From Protoeuglena noctilucae (lineage: Eukaryota): a stretch of DNA of 64,000 nucleotides. Below the pieces are notes generated by a model, which saw nothing but the letters and a program-made list of their open reading frames with translations, did no database searches and was not told the origin of the DNA. The stretch is from positions 620,001-684,000 of the forward strand of contig OY253671.1 of NCBI GenBank assembly GCA_958009085.1, read 5' to 3'. Numbering within the stretch: position 1 is the first letter of the stretch; every line of letters starts with the position of its first letter. This document shows positions 62,701 to 64,000 of this stretch, one piece after another. The position numbers and the translations under genes were made by a program.

Positions 62701-63930
62701 GCAGTGCGCGTGGCCCAGCTCCACCAGGGCCTCCTCAGTCGACACGCCTGACAGCAGGTACCGACTCAGGCGCGCGTGGTACTCCAGGTCCGCAGCCTGC
62801 ACGGCGGAGGCCAAAACGTGCTGCCTGAGCGGTGTCAGCTCTGCAATGCGCCGCATCCGATCCGCCTGCCAAAGCCGAGAGTCCCCTATGCGGCCGGCAG
62901 CGTCACTTAACACCCCGCACAGCCTCGCCTTCCCGTCTGCTTCTGACATCTCCCCCGACAGGACCTTATCCTTGACCACGTCCTTCAACCGGCGGTTCTC
63001 CCGCATGACGTGCTGCGTCAGTCCCTCCACCAACTCCTCATCCGTCGCGACCTCCACCCTGCAACCATGGCACGACCAGTGACTGGTCATCGCAAGCTAA
63101 AAAGGCTCCGGCCGTCTCGACTGACCTGGTGATAACCACGGTGCGTCTCAGCGAGTGCCACCACCCTTACTCACCGGACAGGGACCGTGAGCCCCGTGGC
63201 CTGCCCCGCGACCATCGCCTCCTCCGACAACGCCAGCACCTCCCTCGACACCTCCTCCTGCGTCATCTTCCGCACCGCCTGCTTGAGCTGGAGCTCCGTT
63301 TGCTTCCTGCAGGAGCAAGCAAGCGTTGCTCCGGCACCTGCGTCACCCCCTACACGTCACAGCAGCCTCCTAGGTGCTGGCGGCTTTGGCGCGACTCCCT
63401 CGATGTCCGCACAGTGTCTCGCCTGGACGCATCGTCTGGAGCGAGCCGGTGGCTGACGCCGTAGTGCCGCGCGGCCTTGCCAAACTCCTTGAGGGCCACG
63501 TAAGCGGTCGCCGCGCGGTAGTGCGGCTTGTCCCACGCCGGCAAGAATTCCGCGGCTTCCAGAGCATCCTGGAGAGCCCGGGACGCCTCGCCGCACGAGC
63601 ATAGCGCGAGGGAGCGATTGCTCAAGAGGCGCCCTCGCATGTCACGGCTCTCCACCATCCCGAGCGCCTCCGTGTACCTGTGAGGCGCTCGAGCTCGGAG
63701 GATGTCACTTTGGTATAATGATGTATCTGTGCGCGTCATCGAGGCTCCTTGGCCGCGCACCTGGCCACCGCCCCGCGGTAGTTCCCGCGCTTCATGTCCT
63801 CGTTCCCCCGGTTGCGCAAGTGCTCCACGCGCATGTCCAACAGCTTCATTGACCGCGAAGCCTCGACACATGGCTTCACCGCCTCGGGGACAAGGATTCC
63901 CCGCCTCTGGACGGTGACCCGGCCCTCCAT
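59796..63930 (-). CDS. TPR-repeat plus CS (p23/NudC-like) domain putative co-chaperone
   Basis: TPR motifs LRNRGNE...YTEAL...LLSNRSLA...WDKPHYRAA. CS domain WRQSASE|VRV...LEGELHRGI...STW...LEKTN...WWTRLF followed by DFSDLP. Start codon approximate. Confidence 0.8.
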
Positions 63931-64000
63931 CGAAGCCGTCCTTCGTTCCCCTCCCTCCCACTCTCGGTGCGGCCGCCGATCCCGAGACCCGGCCAACCGT

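Noticed and set aside
1..64000. Introner-like repeated introns or prokaryotic defence systems (CRISPR, operons)
   Set aside because: The introns share only splice-site consensus, with no visible sequence family. The DNA is eukaryotic and has no repeat-spacer array.

Overview
Gene-dense, GC-rich eukaryotic nuclear DNA with many short spliceosomal introns (mostly 80-180 nt). The thylakoid protein CURT1, a plastid-type DapF and centriole/flagellar genes (CEP76, a TSNAXIP1-like gene) point to a flagellated green alga; the exact lineage cannot be fixed from sequence alone. Manual exon stitching gives 21 protein-coding genes, plus one weak orphan candidate. They include VPS20, a LysM membrane protein, p24, a large LRR protein, CURT1, a bicupin, SLC33A1, an Aurora-like pseudokinase, XPF, DapF, a SAC3/LENG8 protein, a TSNAXIP1-like protein, RPN3, DDX55, CEP76, a Wee1-family kinase, a DUF3700-like protein, UFSP2, a TPR-CS co-chaperone and two hypothetical genes. 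The standard genetic code is used. I saw no rRNA, tRNA, CRISPR array or autonomous mobile element. Most notable: (1) about 16 GC-AG introns, roughly one in eight of those I could place; (2) a LysM domain split across three exons, in a protein with a plastid-like transit peptide and a transmembrane helix; (3) a perfect 47-bp palindrome built from tandem decamers in the CEP76 bidirectional promoter; (4) near-strict alternation of gene strand with very tight convergent 3' ends; (5) an apparent axonemal-dynein-light-chain/TSNAXIP1 chimera. Family calls come from remembered motifs, not database searches, and exon boundaries are manual.
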